20,302 nt of DNA from Azolla caroliniana (taxonomy: Eukaryota; Plantae; Polypodiophyta). Of this stretch, positions 19,791 through 20,302 are shown one piece after another. The position numbers and the translations under genes were made by a program. The stretch covers positions 1-20,302 of the forward strand of contig JBHGNT010000572.1 in assembly GCA_043228905.1 (NCBI GenBank), given 5' to 3'. Below the pieces are notes generated by a model. That model saw nothing but the letters and a program-made list of their open reading frames with translations, did no database searches and was not told the DNA's origin. The first letter of the stretch is position 1; the number at the start of each line of letters is the position of its first letter.

Positions 19791-20302
19791 ATGGAGCCGG
19801 GTGGAAGGGTCACGATCGATGTGGAGCGAGGATCGTCACGAGACAGTGGCCCGAGGATGAGGACGGGGCATGCGGGGCGCTTGTACGAGGCGAGAGAAGA
19901 TGTCGTGGGCAGCTACGAGGAGAGGTTGGAGATAGCGAAATGGGCGGCACGCATAGTGGGCGGGGCGTACGCATTCTCACGGTTCCTCGCATGTTGCGAC
20001 CTCACGTGGGCATCGGTCGTGCTACTTGGGGGGTTTGTCTCGTTCCTGAATCGAAGGGACTTCGAGTGGGTGTCGGTGCTCCTCCTATTCGAGGCGGCGA
20101 GGCTGTGGTTCGCGGCATTCTTCAGCGGGTTGCTGATGCGGGGCCTAACGACACATAGGCCGAGCCGGCCGACCGAGCTCGGGTCCACCCGATTGTCCGT
20201 GGTGGCGGCCAATGCGGCCGAGGGGGAAAATGGGCTTGGCCTAGGGACCCCCGACCCGCGGCTCGGCCGCACGCTCTTCACGCGCATCGTCTCGCTCGGC
20301 TT
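19791..20302 (+). CDS. 5' part of a plant membrane-anchored ARM-repeat superfamily protein (BLE2/Ptr/At5g18980-like); continues beyond the window
   Basis: The frame is open from ATG 19791 (first ATG after the in-frame TGA at 19689) to the window end, 170 codons: MEPGGRVTIDVERG...RFLACCDLTWASVVLLGGFVSFLNRRDFEWVSVLLLFEAARLWF... This matches the family N-terminal signature TWATVVLLGGF...L...DFW......EA/GxR.F. The ARM repeats themselves would lie downstream and are not seen here. Confidence 0.8.
   Translation, partial: MEPGGRVTIDVERGSSRDSGPRMRTGHAGRLYEAREDVVGSYEERLEIAKWAARIVGGAYAFSRFLACCDLTWASVVLLGGFVSFLNRRDFEWVSVLLLFEAARLWFAAFFSGLLMRGLTTHRPSRPTELGSTRLSVVAANAAEGENGLGLGTPDPRLGRTLFTRIVSLG

Noticed and set aside
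19810-20287. ORF-track calls 19810..19992(-), 19913..20287(-) and 19940..20158(+)
   Set aside because: GC-rich shadow frames of the real ORF starting at 19791, which carries the family motif.

Overview
Land-plant nuclear DNA with AT-rich intergenic sequence, short GT-AG introns and many microsatellites. The sequence style suggests a non-seed plant such as a fern, but that is only inference. Three + strand genes are supported. (1) A GRAS transcription factor of the NSP2 clade with an intronless CDS (4280..6277), a perfect NSP2-type miR171 target site, a long N-terminal region and a uORF-rich leader. (2) A 14-15 exon MFS monosaccharide transporter of the VGT/pSuT (D-xylose-proton symporter-like 3) type with a plastid transit peptide (14132..18017) and a 24-nt ATG-initiated micro-exon that could also be an alternative first exon. 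(3) The GC-rich 5' part of a BLE2/Ptr-like membrane ARM-repeat family gene (19791..>20302), absent from the ORF track because it runs off the window. Intergenic DNA holds degenerate LINE and possibly MULE remnants, microsatellites and small tandem duplications. I found no tRNA, rRNA or CRISPR features. I cannot demonstrate a wholly new system. The best leads are layered post-transcriptional control of NSP2 and possible dual targeting of the sugar transporter.
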